Shown here: in pieces, positions 24,744 to 38,585 of the stretch
Layout: each line of letters begins with the position of its first letter
How positions within the stretch are numbered: position 1 is the stretch's first letter
DNA from: Octopus bimaculoides
Taxonomy: Eukaryota
NCBI RefSeq assembly: GCF_001194135.2
Contig: NC_068999.1
Coordinates: 4,918,860 to 4,982,859, forward strand
Reading direction: 5' to 3'
Length of the DNA stretch: 64,000 bases
The notes under the pieces: model-generated
What the model saw: the letters and a program-made list of their open reading frames with translations, nothing else
Databases searched by the model: none
Told to the model about the DNA's origin: nothing
Made by a program: the position numbers and the translations under genes

Positions 24744-24806
24744 ATAGGCGCAGGAGTGGCTGTGTGGTAAGTAGGTTGCTTACCAACCACATGGATCTGG
24801 GTTCAG
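24744..24806 (+). mobile_element. SINE family A head directly following the U6 copy (runs into a gap)
   Basis: taggcgcaggagtggctgtgtggtaagtag... matches the start of 28262. Confidence 0.9.
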
Positions 24807-25895
24807 NNNNNNNNNNNNNNNNNNNNNNNNNNNNNNNNNNNNNNNNNNNNNNNNNNNNNNNNNNNNNNNNNNNNNNNNNNNNNNNNNNNNNNNNNNNNNN
24901 NNNNNNNNNNNNNNNNNNNNNNNNNNNNNNNNNNNNNNNNNNNNNNNNNNNNNNNNNNNNNNNNNNNNNNNNNNNNNNNNNNNNNNNNNNNNNNNNNNNN
25001 NNNNNNNNNNNNNNNNNNNNNNNNNNNNNNNNNNNNNNNNNNNNNNNNNNNNNNNNNNNNNNNNNNNNNNNNGACCTCGTGACATGGGTTGATCTTAATC
25101 CTTGTGTTCCCATCACTGGAAGTGAATGGCCATGCTGGAGTCGGCAGCAAATTAGACAGCCTCCATAGGTGTTAATGACAGGGTCAGGTCCACTGTCATG
25201 ACAAGCAATGGTGGAGTTTCCTGTCAGATTTAACAGGGAGCCTTCACTGAACAACTACAGTCCTGTGTGTCTATATATGTGTGTGTGTGCATCATCATTC
25301 TATGCTAATATGAACATCTGCACACACAAATACACACACACGTTTTAAGATTTTGCTTAAGGCCTAGATATACTCGTTTCCTCCATTTCATGTCTGTCCA
25401 TTCATGGAGGCATGCATGCATTTATGCATGTATGTCTGTGAATGTATGTATGATTGTAACCTTAATGTGGTGGTTTGTTTGTTAATGTCTGGGTTTTTTT
25501 TGTGTCCATTTTGAATAAAACCATTTTACATTAAACTGAAGGATCACTCGATGCTTTGCATACAGTGCACACACATTGTTTAATAACAATGTGTGTGTGT
25601 GTGTGTGAAGAACAGCTTTGCGTTTTTTGTAATTGCTCAAGTAGGGTTTGAACTGGAATCTCCTGCTTATTGAACTTCTCATTGTTTCTCTCTCTCTCTC
25701 TCTTATCTTTCACTCTCTTTCTCCATTCCTTTATCTTCTATCTTTCCCTCTCTATCTGTATTTATGTCAATTCTCCTCATTGTAGGATGGAAATTGGAGG
25801 TATTTTTTTCGTTTTCAGGCTGGCTTTTTTCTTTCCTCTTTGTCTGTCTGTCTGTCTACCCATCATTCTATTTATTCTGTCTCTATCTGTCTGAG

Positions 25896-25956
<61 letters not shown>

Positions 25957-26842
25957 NNNNNNNNNNNNNNNNNNNNNNNNNNNNNNNNNNNNNNNNNNNN
26001 NNNNNNNNNNNNNNNNNNNNNNNNNNNNNNNNNNNNNNNNNNNNNNNNNNNNNNNNNNNNNNNNNNNNNNNNNNNNNNNNNNNNNNNNNNNNNNNNNNNN
26101 NNNNNNNNNNNNNNNNNNNNNNNNNNNNNNNNNNNNNNNNNNNNNNNNNNNNNNNNNNNNNNNNNNNNNNNNNNNNNNNNNNNNNNNNNNNNNNNNNNNN
26201 NNNNNNNNNNNNNNNNNNNNNNNNNNNNNNNNNNNNNNNNNNNNNNNNNNNNNNNNNNNNNNNNNNNNNNNNNNNNNNNNNNNNNNNNNNNNNNNNNNNN
26301 NNNNNNNNNNNNNNNNNNNNNNNNNNNNNNNNNNNNNNNNNNNNNNNNNNNNNNNNNNNNNNNNNNNNNNNNNNNNNNNNNNNNNNNNNNNNNNNNNNNN
26401 NNNNNNNNNNNNNNNNNNNNNNNNNNNNNNNNNNNNNNNNNNNNNNNNNNNNNNNNNNNNNNNNNNNNNNNNNNNNNNNNNNNNNNNNNNNNNNNNNNNN
26501 NNNNNNNNNNNNNNNNNNNNNNNNNNNNNNNNNNNNNNNNNNNNNNNNNNNNNNNNNNNNNNNNNNNNNNNNNNNNNNNNNNNNNNNNNNNNNNNNNNNN
26601 NNNNNNNNNNNNNNNNNNNNNNNNNNNNNNNNNNNNNNNNNNNNNNNNNNNNNNNNNNNNNNNNNNNNNNNNNNNNNNNNNNNNNNNNNNNNNNNNNNNN
26701 NNNNNNNNNNNNNNNNNNNNNNNNNNNNNNNNNNNNNNNNNNNNNNNNNNNNNNNNNNNNNNNNNNNNNNNNNNNNNNNNNNNNNNNNNNNNNNNNNNNN
26801 NNNNNNNNNNNNNNNNNNNNNNNNNNNNNNNNNNNNNNNNNN

Positions 26843-27010
26843 CATCATCTCTGCCACCACTACCATCACCATCACCACCATCACCACCATCATCTCTGCC
26901 ACCACTACCATCACCATCACCACCATCACCACCATCATCTCTGCCACCACTACCATCACCATCACCACCATCATCTCTGCCACCACTACCATCACCATCA
27001 CCACCATCCA
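26843..27010. repeat. (CAC/CAT)-based minisatellite, 27-36 bp units catcatctctgccaccactaccatcaccatcaccac
   Basis: About 5 visible units after an ~885-nt gap. The poly-T/I/V/G ORFs here are artefacts. Confidence 0.9.
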
Positions 27011-27504
27011 TACTACTAACTGCTCGCTAACCAAGGACACCATCAGTATATCTCCATCACCACCATCAATATTGTTACCAGCTGCCATCTAAAGCAACCA
27101 CCAACACCACTCTCACCCCCCACCTCTGTCACCACCACCATTCCTACCCAAGCTACTGTCCATTGGGGAGTTAATGCGGGTGTTTTTACTCAGTTGCTCA
27201 ATCTGCTAGAAACAACAGCCAAATTCGGATCTTGTTAAATTTTTTTTTCAACCATTTCAAATATTTGAAATTTTCAAGAAAATGTAGTTTTGATGACAAA
27301 AATCACATTCATTTTTCATTTTTTTTTTTTTTTTTTTGCAAGAAGTTACAAGCATTTAAAGTTATGTAATTTTAACCAATTGGAAGCTTCCATTGCTAAC
27401 ATACAGGAAGTTGCAACTGTGTGTGTCTCTATGGTAACAGCACAGACACATGATGAACCTTTATGTGGTCTCTTGACCAGCTAGAAATAGCAACCAGATC
27501 TTCC

Positions 27505-27726
27505 TTAACCCGTTAGCATTCAAATTAATTTATCAAATTTAATGCTCATTTATTCACATTTTAAAAAATTAATCACATATCACCTTGTAGCTTTGAGACT
27601 TCAATGATGTGATTGTCTATTTTTAGAATGACATTGTAAGGTGCGTGGGAGAGGCTGAATCTAGCTAATTTGAACATGAAACAGGTAAAATATTTTGGCT
27701 GGTTATGTCTGGTTTAAAAGGGTTAA
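27505..27726 (+). mobile_element. piggyBac-like MITE (TTAA CCC...GGG TTAA)
   Basis: TTAAcccgttagcatt ... ggtttaaaagggTTAA, with homologous partial copies at 6790-6981 and 29390-29495. The TTAA TSD and CCC/GGG termini are piggyBac hallmarks. Confidence 0.65.
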
Positions 27727-28261
27727 ACTACACCATAATGTCTAAAATCATACAAGGCAAAACATTATGCCACGATACTCTATATTTTCTTATTTGAGGC
27801 AGGTCTTAGTGTTTTCCACGTGTTGAGTGTTATTAATAATTTTAGGAATCGGAGTCAATCTTCACAGATGAAATCGTTCATCAAATTCTGGGACTCACAG
27901 ATTGATATTAAATGTACTTTCTCCTTTCTTATGGTAAAACTGTTTTCTCAAGGTTTGGTGGTGGGAAAAGAGAATCCAAAAAAAGTCACAGGAAGAAAAA
28001 CCACTGAAAAAATACCAGAGGTTAAAAAAAAATGTCGCTAGAAGAACGCCTTTGTAACTTGTGTGTTGCTCAACAAGAGAACCCCAAGACTGTGGCAGAG
28101 TTTCTTGGCAGCTTTGGCTGGAATATTCATCTTAGTCATCAGCATTAGAAATATTTGATATCTATGTAATGTCATGATATTATGTAAGGTGGCCATGTCA
28201 GATATTATCAATAAATGACTTAAATTCTTTTTGCTTCATTGTCTTTGCTTTAGAAATTGAA

Positions 28262-28434
28262 TAGGCGCAGGAGTGGCTGTGTGGCAAGTAGCTTGCTTAC
28301 CAACCACATGGTTCCGGGTTCATTCCCACTGCATGGCACCTTGAACAAGTGTCTTCTACTATAGCCTCGGGCCAACCAAAGCCTTGTGAGTGCATTTGGT
28401 AGACGGAAACTGAAAGAAGCCCATCGTATATATG

Positions 28435-28465
<31 letters not shown>

Positions 28466-28675
28466 TTGTGTGTCTGTGTTTGTCCCCCAACCCTCGCTTG
28501 ACAACCGATGCAGGTGTGTTTACGTCCCCCGTAACTTAGCGGTTCAGCAAAAAGTGACCGATAGAATAAGTACTAGGCTTACAAAGAATAAGTCCTGAGG
28601 TCGATTTGCTCGACTAAAGGCAGTGCTCCAGTATGGCCGCAGTCAAATGACTGAAACAAGTAAAAGGGTAAAAGG
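28262..28675 (+). mobile_element. SINE family A, full-length reference-like copy
   Basis: tRNA-like head with A/B-box-like motifs (tggctgtgtggcaag; gggttcattccc), a CORE-like gtggcaccttgaacaagtgtcttc segment, an internal (TA)n(TG)n, and the tail cagtcaaatgactgaaacaagtaaaag. Confidence 0.9.
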
Positions 28676-29504
28676 TTGGGGTTTCTTTTGGGGGGGAGGG
28701 GGTTCACTATATCCGTAATGCCATCATATGCATGTAAAGTACAAGTCATGTACTTTCAGTTAATCTCTGAAATCAGTTTTATTACTCTCTTTTAAGCATT
28801 TAAATAAAATGTGACTAAATTTACACACAAAGCATTGATCAGCTTAAGGCCGGAGTAGAAACCACATGGTTGCAAAACGAGTTTCTTAACTATTAAATAA
28901 TTGAATCTAATTGTAAATACAAACAGAACAAATAAGAACTTGACACAGAGAGTAAAATAATAAAACTAGTTAATATACGTTGAAACTGCACCAATATGAC
29001 AGTTAGTTTCATTTTCTGTTTCCAAGGATAGCTTGCAATCTGTTATATATTGTCGTCATCATCATCATCATCATCATTTAACATCCACTGGTATAGATTA
29101 CATGGTTTGAGAGGGGCTAGCAAGTCAGAAGCCTGCATCATGCACTAATGTCAGGCCTGGTTTCTACAGCTAGATCCCTTCCTAATGCTTTCCACACTTT
29201 ACAGAGTGAACTGTATCGGCCCCTTTACATTTCCCTTGCATAACATCAGTGGCATGGAGAGGGGAGGCTGGTATGCATGGGGGACTGCTGATCTTCCATA
29301 AACAACCTTGCCCAGTCTTGTGCCTCAGAGAACTTTCTTGGTGCAGTCCCATGGTCATTCATTACCGAAAGGGGTCTTTATATTTTTAGAACAACATTGT
29401 AGGGTAGGTGTGAGAGGATGAATCTGGTCAGTTATAACATAGAACAGATAGAATATTTGGGCCTGATATGATCAGATTAAATGCTTAAGGGTTAACAGAA
29501 TGCA

Positions 29505-29645
29505 AATCCATCGCAGGGTCAGCTGAAGTAATGTGAAATGAAGTGTTTTGCTTAAGGACACAATGCACCACCTGGTCTGGGAAATGAAACCACAGTCTTG
29601 CAATCATGAGCCAACACCTTAACCACTTGGCCATGCACCTTCACA
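29505..29645 (-). mobile_element. CORE-like SINE head of a further family
   Basis: The minus strand reads gtgaaggtgcatggccaagtggttaaggtgttggc..ggtttcatttccc..gtgtccttaagcaaaacacttcatttcac. Confidence 0.6.
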
Positions 29646-29866
29646 CCACACAAAAGCAATTTTCATTTAGTCACCCCAAAAGTCTGTGAGATTCACTTTC
29701 CATTGTCTTGAGGTGCCAACATTTCCATTTTCAAGCCACGCTGACCTGGTCATTGACATAGTTCCATTCTAACCAAGAGCAGTTGTAGAACCATGTCAGT
29801 GACTGGGTTGTAGAGACGCTGCCGCCACTTTGGTTTCACTTGAAAGATATTTGCATATGTCCGTCC

Positions 29867-29944
<78 letters not shown>

Positions 29945-30275
29945 NNNNNNNNNNNNNNNNNNNNNNNNNNNNNNNNNNNNNNNNNNNNNNNNNNNNNNNN
30001 NNNNNNNNNNNNNNNNNNNNNNNNNNNNNNNNNNNNNNNNNNNNNNNNNNNNNNNNNNNNNNNNNNNNNNNNNNNNNNNNNNNNNNNNNNNNNNNNNNNN
30101 NNNNNNNNNNNNNNNNNNNNNNNNNNNNNNNNNNNNNNNNNNNNNNNNNNNNNNNNNNNNNNNNNNNNNNNNNNNNNNNNNNNNNNNNNNNNTATATATA
30201 TATATATATATATAATATAAATATATACATATATATATAACATATATACTGTATATATATATATATATATATATA

Positions 30276-30307
<32 letters not shown>

Positions 30308-32250
30308 ATAGATATGAATGTATGTATATGATAATCCTATGATCATGAAGTACTCAATACAAATGTTTGTGTGTGTGTGTGTAGTTGCCAAACATAAGAC
30401 ATACACTCACGCATTACACAACCATTGGTGGATTGACTTGCATGGATTATCTCTCACTCTCTCATTCCCTCTCCCTCTCTCTCTCTCTTTCTCTTTAATT
30501 TCCTGTTTTATTCTCTTTTACTTTGTCTTTCTCTCTCTGTTTTGCACCTCCTTCCCCTCTCTCATAACGTCTGTTTTCCCTCCCCTCTCTTTCAATCTCT
30601 ATTAATTATCTCCCTCCCGCTTTTAACTTGTTCACCCCCCCCCCCCACTTCCCTCCTTTCGGTTTCCTCTTTGCCTCTTCCTCTACCTTCCGCTCTATAT
30701 TTCTACTTCTCCCTTTCCTCTCCCTATTATTCTCCCTCCCACTCGTTTATTACTTACTCTCCATATGCCTCCAGTCTTCCGCTCCCCTTTCTTTCTCTCT
30801 TTCACTCACTCACTCTCTCACATCATTTTCTCTGCCTCACTCTCTCTCTCACCCTCTCCCAGTCAGTCAATTAGCCACTCCTCCTTCCCTCTCTGTCTGT
30901 CTCATATGTATGTATGTGTTTATATATCCTCATTACTTCTCACTCTCTATAGTATATCACTTCTTCCCCCCCTCTCTTTAATCCCATCACCTCTTCTCTT
31001 CTCTCTCTCTACAGCCTTTCACTTTCACTCTCTCTCTCCCTCCCTCCCTCCGGTACAATCCCATTCAACTGTGTCGTCTGTCCTTTTTTATTTACACTAA
31101 CAACAATAACACGGCAGTCGTCTGCCATCGTCCTTGTGGACATCTCTATTTATTATTATATCATCACCTTGGCCGCCTCGACATCTTCTTACCTCTCTAT
31201 TATTCTCTGTCACGACACCGACACGACGTAAAGACTCCAACGTAAGTTTCTCCTCCATTTACTTTCTCTTCCATCTTTCCGTTTTCTTGTTATTTCCTCG
31301 CCATTCTGTCTTCTGCCGACTTTGTCTTTCTTTTGATATCACCTCCATTGTCTTCTACATACTCTCCCCCTCCCTCTCTGTCTATCTATCTATTTATTTA
31401 TCTCTCCCTCCCTCCCTCTCTCTCATGCTCTTTTTCTCGTTCTTTCTTTTTCTTTCTCTCACACTGTGTGTGTGTGAGTGTGTTTCTGTGTTAATGTGTC
31501 CGTGTGCGGCTCGTACTGTCTGTCAGTGTATGTTAGTGTGTGAGTGTTATTAACTATGTGTCTGTATCGGTGTGTGTCAGTGTGTACCTTTGTGGATGTA
31601 CATGTGTCAATATATTACCTGTATGTATGTGTGTGTGTCTACCAAGTGTACCTTTGTGTATGTATATATAGATATGTCAGTGTGTACCTGCGTGTCAACC
31701 AGGTAATTATATGTATGTGTGTATGCCAGTATATATTTGTATCTCTGCATGTATGTATGTGTGTGTGTGTACATATGTATGTACATATGTATGTGTGTGT
31801 ATGTACATGTATGTACATATGTGTGTGTGTGCGTGCGTGTCTATGTTCGACCGAATATTATATTAGTTTCTGTATGTACATGTGTATATGTATATATGTG
31901 TGTATATACATGTATGTGAGTGTATATATGTGTATAGGATGCACGCGATTGCGTATGTGATTGTATGTATCTCGTGATGTCCATGTATGTATATTTATGT
32001 CCACACACACACACATCTGTGTATATTGTGTCTATAAATCAGTGTATACCTTTGTAAAGTGTATATATCGTGTGTATGTGTGTGTGCCAAATGTATATAC
32101 ACTCTCGTATGTATTGTGTTTGTCATACTTTATATTTATATACACCCTGTCGTTTAAAGTGTTTATACAGCTCTATACATTTTATGTATGTATGTATGTG
32201 TATATGGATATATGATTGTGTATGTGTGTATGTATTCTGTGATTTGTGTC

Positions 32251-32332
<82 letters not shown>

Positions 32333-35300
32333 CATACATACGTACGTACGTACGTACGTACATACATACATACACATACATAAAATGTACATTTCACTCC
32401 TGTGAAATGTATACATATTGCTGTATTTGTATATACACACGTGTGAAACATGTAAATCGCGCTGTCTTATACACATGTGCCCGTTGTGTGTCTTTCGTGT
32501 ATTTTATGTGTGTGTAGGTGTATACATACATACATACATACATACATACATACATCGATGTGTGTATATATAATTACTGTACTCACACACACACACATAT
32601 ATATATATACACGCGCGCGGGATACCCCCCCCCCTCATATTCTTCCAGCTTGGGCTGTCAGTTCTTTTGTTCATCTTTGTTATTGACAGTCCATTGTTTG
32701 CTACCACCACCGCCACTACAACCACAACTACAAACTAGTGCAGTAGTATAGAACTGCTACCACAACAACTACAGCACATACGACAATTACTACCATCACC
32801 GCTACCACCACCACTACCACCGCCACCACTACTACTACAATAACACGACGATTGCCACCATCACTATACTATAACCTGGACCATTACAATCGCTGTCATA
32901 AACATCAGCTACACTATTACCACCACCACCACCACTACTATTATTTCAATACCATCTTATACTTTACCACCACTAATATCTTACCATTGTCATCACACTA
33001 CCACAACCACCTACCTACCTCTCGCAACATGTTTGGACACTGTATACTACCACCTCTACAACACAATATCATACCCTACAATACTTTCTCTTGTACTGTA
33101 GTATAACCTCCGCCGTCACCACCACCACCACTATCACAACAACACCAACAACACTGCTATATACTACAGCACATACTACAACAGATCACTCTGCATAATG
33201 TCACCACTACCTCCACTACATCATAAACCACCACCACCATCAACACCAACACAACTACACCATTACAGACTGTCGACTTCATTATTCTAGACTTGTGGGT
33301 TCCTCAGAGCCCCTAACTCCTCCTTTCTACCCTTACCACTTCTGACACACACACACACACACACACACATTTACACACTTCAGAGTATGACAGATGATTT
33401 ACCAGTCCTTATGTTATTATGTCTCTTCCAGTCAGGACTACCTCCCTGCCTCAACCATTCACCTTCCGTTCTAACCCCTCACTGGTAATAGTGGTGGTGG
33501 TGGTGGTAGTCAGAAGAACACATGCTGCCCCTGGCTAAGGGATTTCTGGGATTGTTGATGATAGGGGAAGGATGAAAAAAGGGAGGTGTGACTTCTGGGA
33601 TAACAATGATGGATACTTTGTACTGGCAAAACACATGGCCACGAATTTTACAGAAAAAGAAAGTTTCTGCAAGTCGGATAGGAGTGAAATAGGGTGTGGA
33701 AGTGTGCCCAGCATATGACAGGTACTTAGGGTTTGTTTTATGTTATCCACTGCAGACAGAGAGAGAGAGAACTCCTAAGTTTTGGTAAAATTTGAACTCA
33801 GAACTTAGGGCTTCATAGATAGACTGTTAGGTGTTTAGCCTAATTTCGTTTTCTCTCACTCTACTTCTATGAAAACAACAGCAGCAGCAGTAGTGGTGGT
33901 GGTGGTGGTTTCTAATTTTGGCACAAGGCCAGTAATTTTGAGGGGAGGTGGGGGTCACAAGTTGAATATATTCCCCACCACCCAGTACTTGACTGGTTCT
34001 TTAGTTTGACCCCAAAAGAGGGAAAGACAAAGACAACCTTGGTAAATAATTATAATAACAATCCTTTCTACTATAAGCACAAAGGGGGAGCAGACTAGTT
34101 AATTACAAGGATTCCAGTGTATGACTGGTATTTATTTTACTGGCCCTGTAAAAATGAAAGGCAAAGTTGAATTTGGCAGAATTTGAGCTCAAAGCATTAA
34201 AACAGATGAAATCCTGCAAGGTATTTTGTCCTGTATACTAATGGTTCTACCAGTTTGCTGCCCTCCGATGTATCACATCTAAAACTTTAAGGAGAGGACC
34301 AGTTGATTACAACAACCCTGATGCTTGACCAGCACTTATTTTATTGAACCCCCAAAAGGATGAAAAACAAAATGAGCCTCGGTGGAATTTGAACTCACAA
34401 TGCAAAGGGAGATAAAATGCTACTAAGCATTATGTCTTAATTGATTAAATTTGACCCCCGTATTAGATTACAGGTAGGTTAAATGGAACAGAGAATTTCT
34501 GTGACAATACATACATAGTTCTTTAATCAGTTTCAGTTAGTTAGTTGCAGAAATGTTGGGACACCACCTTTAAAAGGTTCAATCTCACACAAACACAATG
34601 TGTGTGTGATTATTGTGGATTCATGCCAGTGTGAATTACAAGGAAACAAAATCGATAAATAAAATAGTCACTACTTTAAGTAGAGCGGAATGGTCTTTAT
34701 CCAAAGATGAGTCTATGTGATTCTTCTATTCGAAGTTTTTCATCTCTTCATCTCAGAGAAAGAGTATGTGAGAGGGTATGTGTGCACACATGCTCATACA
34801 CACACACAAAGGCTTCTGCAATTCCTATCTGCCAAATTCTACTGACAAGGCATTCGTTGTACCTGAGGTTACACAGATAAAGACACTCACCCAACGTACC
34901 TCGCAATGTAACTGAATTGGTTGTAATGCAAACTTCTTGGCTAGAGACCTGTGCTCATCATCATCATCATCAACATCATCATACTACAGCATTCCATGTT
35001 GGACTTATTGTCGCTGTCTGAGTCCTTATTTGAAGGTTCTGTTCTTCCTCGATAGTCTGGGCACCCTGTCTTACTTCTCACTTCCATTTTGTTATGATCT
35101 CCTACAGTCAGATGTCCTTTGTTATGCCAGCTACTTTACAAAATGTACTGGCTGTATTTTGTTGTGGCACCAGCATTAGAGAGGTTGTCTTGTCTTCACC
35201 AAGACTAATGGACTCTGTCTAATATATATATGTATATATATAGTTCAAATTTATAGTAAAACAAAAAACGAGGACAGGTGTAGGAACAATAAGCAAGTAT

Positions 35301-36356
35301 ATTAGTTTGACACTCAGGAAAAATGGGAAAGTCTTTTACATTTCAAGCCTACGCTCTTTGACAGAAAGGCATTAGAGAAAATACATAGAGAGAGAATGAA
35401 AAAACATGTTGAGTTCAGTGGTCCAACATGGCAAATTATATATATATGGCACGTAAAAACACCATTTTGAGCGTGGCCGTTGCCAGTACCGCCTGACTGG
35501 CCCTCATGCCGGTGACACATAAAAGCACCCACGACACTCTTGGAGTGGTTGGCGTTAGGAAGGGCATCCAGCTGTAGAAACTCTGCCAGATCAGATTGGA
35601 GCCTGGTGTAGCCATCTGGTTTGCCAGTCCTCAGTCAAATTGTCCAACCCATGCTAGCATGGAAAGCGGATGTTAAACGATGATGATGATGTATATATAT
35701 GAATGAGAGAATTCTTGAGATAGATCCAATGACATTTATATCGAAACTGGATGACATCAGGTTACCCAAAAAGTGAAAGTGCTTTAATTGGAATACTACT
35801 AATTATTTACCCAAAGTCCAAATAATTACTTTATATGTATGTGTATATATTTATACACAAACACACACACACATATGCATGTATGTGAGCATGGATACTC
35901 ACTGACACAGTTTGTATATTTGAAAACATTGTTATGTTGTAAATAAATTTCTAGTTAAAACTCCTAAATTCTTGGTAACCCGATCATTGGAGGAACAGGA
36001 TTTCAATTCTCATTAGAATCATATTCAGTGTCACAACATCGAAGTCTTGTGTTCTTTCTGTTGTGTTGAAAAAATGTGTTGTAGCTTACACACACACACA
36101 CGCTCGTGTGTATGTGCATGTATATATAAACTGCTACTCCATTAAATATTCTGCTAGTGACCTCCATGAACTTCAAATCCTCATTTTGTTGTGTTACTGA
36201 TTGGAAGCTAGCTGTGGTGGTGGTGGTGGTGGTTAGAGGCAATGGAGTAGTTTAATATTTATGACATTGATTGCTTATAAGCCCATTGATGTGACAGCTA
36301 AGTGTAGGCTAGGCAGTTTTAATGGATTATTGTCTGAACGATGATGATGATTATTG

Positions 36357-36387
<31 letters not shown>

Positions 36388-36858
36388 CCTCTTTCTCTCT
36401 CTCTCCTTACACATGTACATAGCAGCACACATGATTAAATATACATACACTCATATACCTATACACATACACAAAGTAATATACATAACTACATATACAT
36501 GCACACACACACACACACACACACCAGTACATATATACATACACATATACACACTCATACCTATACATACACATACACAAATACACGTATAGCAGAGAAT
36601 GGTTTAATTTTATGTCTTTTAAAAAATCTACATTGGTTTACAATAGATATTGTGATCTGATCTCAAAGTGGGGCTCCACTAAAACCAGTTATGGGTCAGC
36701 CATGAGCGAACACCTACGTGGATAGTGACCATTGCTCCTTGGACAATTCCAGATGATTACTTAGGAGTGGACTACAAAGTCTTGAGCCAACTTTTTACTG
36801 CCAACCTATGCATGTATCTGTGTGTTGTACCAGTTGTCCTCTTGCTAATGCCAATGTA

Positions 36859-36892
<34 letters not shown>

Positions 36893-38051
36893 TGTCCCTC
36901 TGGCTGCCAAACCTTGCGTGTGTGTTCACATGTTATGCCCACTGTCAAACAAACTTGCACGTTGCCATCATCGACTTACATGCCACCATTACCTGGCAAA
37001 AATACAAAACTGCCACCCTCGTGGGTGGGTACTCGTTTTATCAGTCTCTTTTGCTGAACCACTGGTTTACAATGACTTGAGCACACTGCTACCAATTGTC
37101 AAGCAGTGGTGGGAGACAAACATAGATACAAACCCACACACACACACACATGATGGGCTTCTTCTAGTTTGAATCTACCAAATTGACTCACAAGGCTTTG
37201 GTTGGCTTTAGTAGAAGACACTTGCCCAAGGTGCCACACAGTGGGACTGAACCTGGAGCCGTGTGATTGGGAAGCAAGCTTTGTACCACACAGCTACGCC
37301 TGCACCTATTTGGAACAAAATTAATTTTGTTTGCTGAATGACCATAGCTACAGCCACTGCCTAGTTACTGTTAGTGAGTGGGGCATGTGGAATAAAGTGA
37401 CCTGTCCAGAAACATCCGTCACTGGTGGTTTTCTTGTTTATTCAACAGTTTGGCTATTTCAGTTTTGCAGTTGAAATGATAAGGATAATCGGATGTTAGT
37501 GGCAGTGGTTGTACAGTCTCAATTGTATATGGGTAGATAGATGTAAATTTGTATTGGTCATGTTTTCTCCTAATGCATTTGTAATACAAATGAAATAAAA
37601 CGGATCTCATTTGAAATGGAAACAGTGCTGCCTTCTCCACTTGTATTAATCTCACCTCTACCTAACACTCACCACCCCATCCTTCTCACACTTCTAAAGA
37701 GCTAAAAACAAATATACACCTAGACTTTTAACTCATGGTTATAAATTAATGATTGAAGCATAATTAACTATAATTATAGTTAATTACGACTAATTGTTAA
37801 AGCATTGGGAACCGGAATTAATATTAAATCTTCAGTAAATATTTGATGCTTTTAATTAACACTAGTAAATTTTGTCATTGTTTATAATTTCTGTATTTTA
37901 TATCGTGTGTTTTGTGGAAACTTGTATTGTTTGCTATAGGTTTGCATTTGGCCAACTGTGCTAGGAGTTGTTGATATGCATTGGCCCAAAAGTATTATTG
38001 GCTATTGATTAGTAATGAGCCAATCATATCATTGGTTATTGGTCTCTAGTT

Positions 38052-38585
38052 CATCATCATCATCATGCATCGTAATCCTGCAATGCATTGATGACATTAC
38101 TACAAAAGTCTTCTCGATTAAGCTCCTGTTTTCCAACTGCTTTGCAACTCATGTCCCAACCGTCTCTTGATATTGTCCATCCAGTTTGTTCTTTGCCTAC
38201 CTCTTCATCTGCTACCCTCTATGCTTCCTTCCCTGATAATGTTTTCCAAATCTCTGCTTCTTCAAATATGGCCAAAATAGTTAAACTTTAGTTTTTCCAC
38301 AATGTTCAGGAGTTGTTGTCTTTCACCTTCTTGTTGTAACATCCATTCATTTATCTGATGACCCTTGTAAGAGACCCATAACATTCTCCTGTACATCCAC
38401 ATTTCATACGCATTATGTTCTCTTCAATTTCCTTCGGAGTCCATGCTTTGCAACCATAAATGCCTGTTGGCCAAATGAGCACTCAAACTAGCCTTGTCCT
38501 GAGGACACTTTTAATGGTCCAGATGTTATTAAGCTTTTCCAGAGTTCCTTTATTTTTGTCCCCATAACATAGCAGTTTGCCAAAA
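38052..38585 (-). mobile_element. RTE-clade LINE, 5'-truncated, degenerate ORF2 3' end plus (GAT)n tail
   Basis: The minus strand reads LEKLNNIW..LIWPTGIYGCKAWT / AYEMWMYRRMLWVS...YFGHI*R...EGSIEGSR*RGRQRTNWMDNIK, the RTE YGCExW / FEMWxxRR / GHIxR / RGRP..W motifs. Confidence 0.85.

Noticed and set aside
28050-28150. Fanzor/TnpB-like (DEYSSQSC) or mariner-like (KTVAEFLGSFGWNI) peptide snippets
   Set aside because: Only a few residues match in short broken frames, with no second cysteine pair or catalytic motif. Indistinguishable from chance.
28262-28340. tRNA genes at SINE heads
   Set aside because: They have A/B-box-like motifs but no complete cloverleaf, and they continue directly into SINE bodies.
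29735-29850. Exon candidate (WFYNCSWLEWNYVNDQ on minus; acceptor on plus)
   Set aside because: The plus frames all contain stops, and the minus frame has no credible acceptor after its upstream stop.
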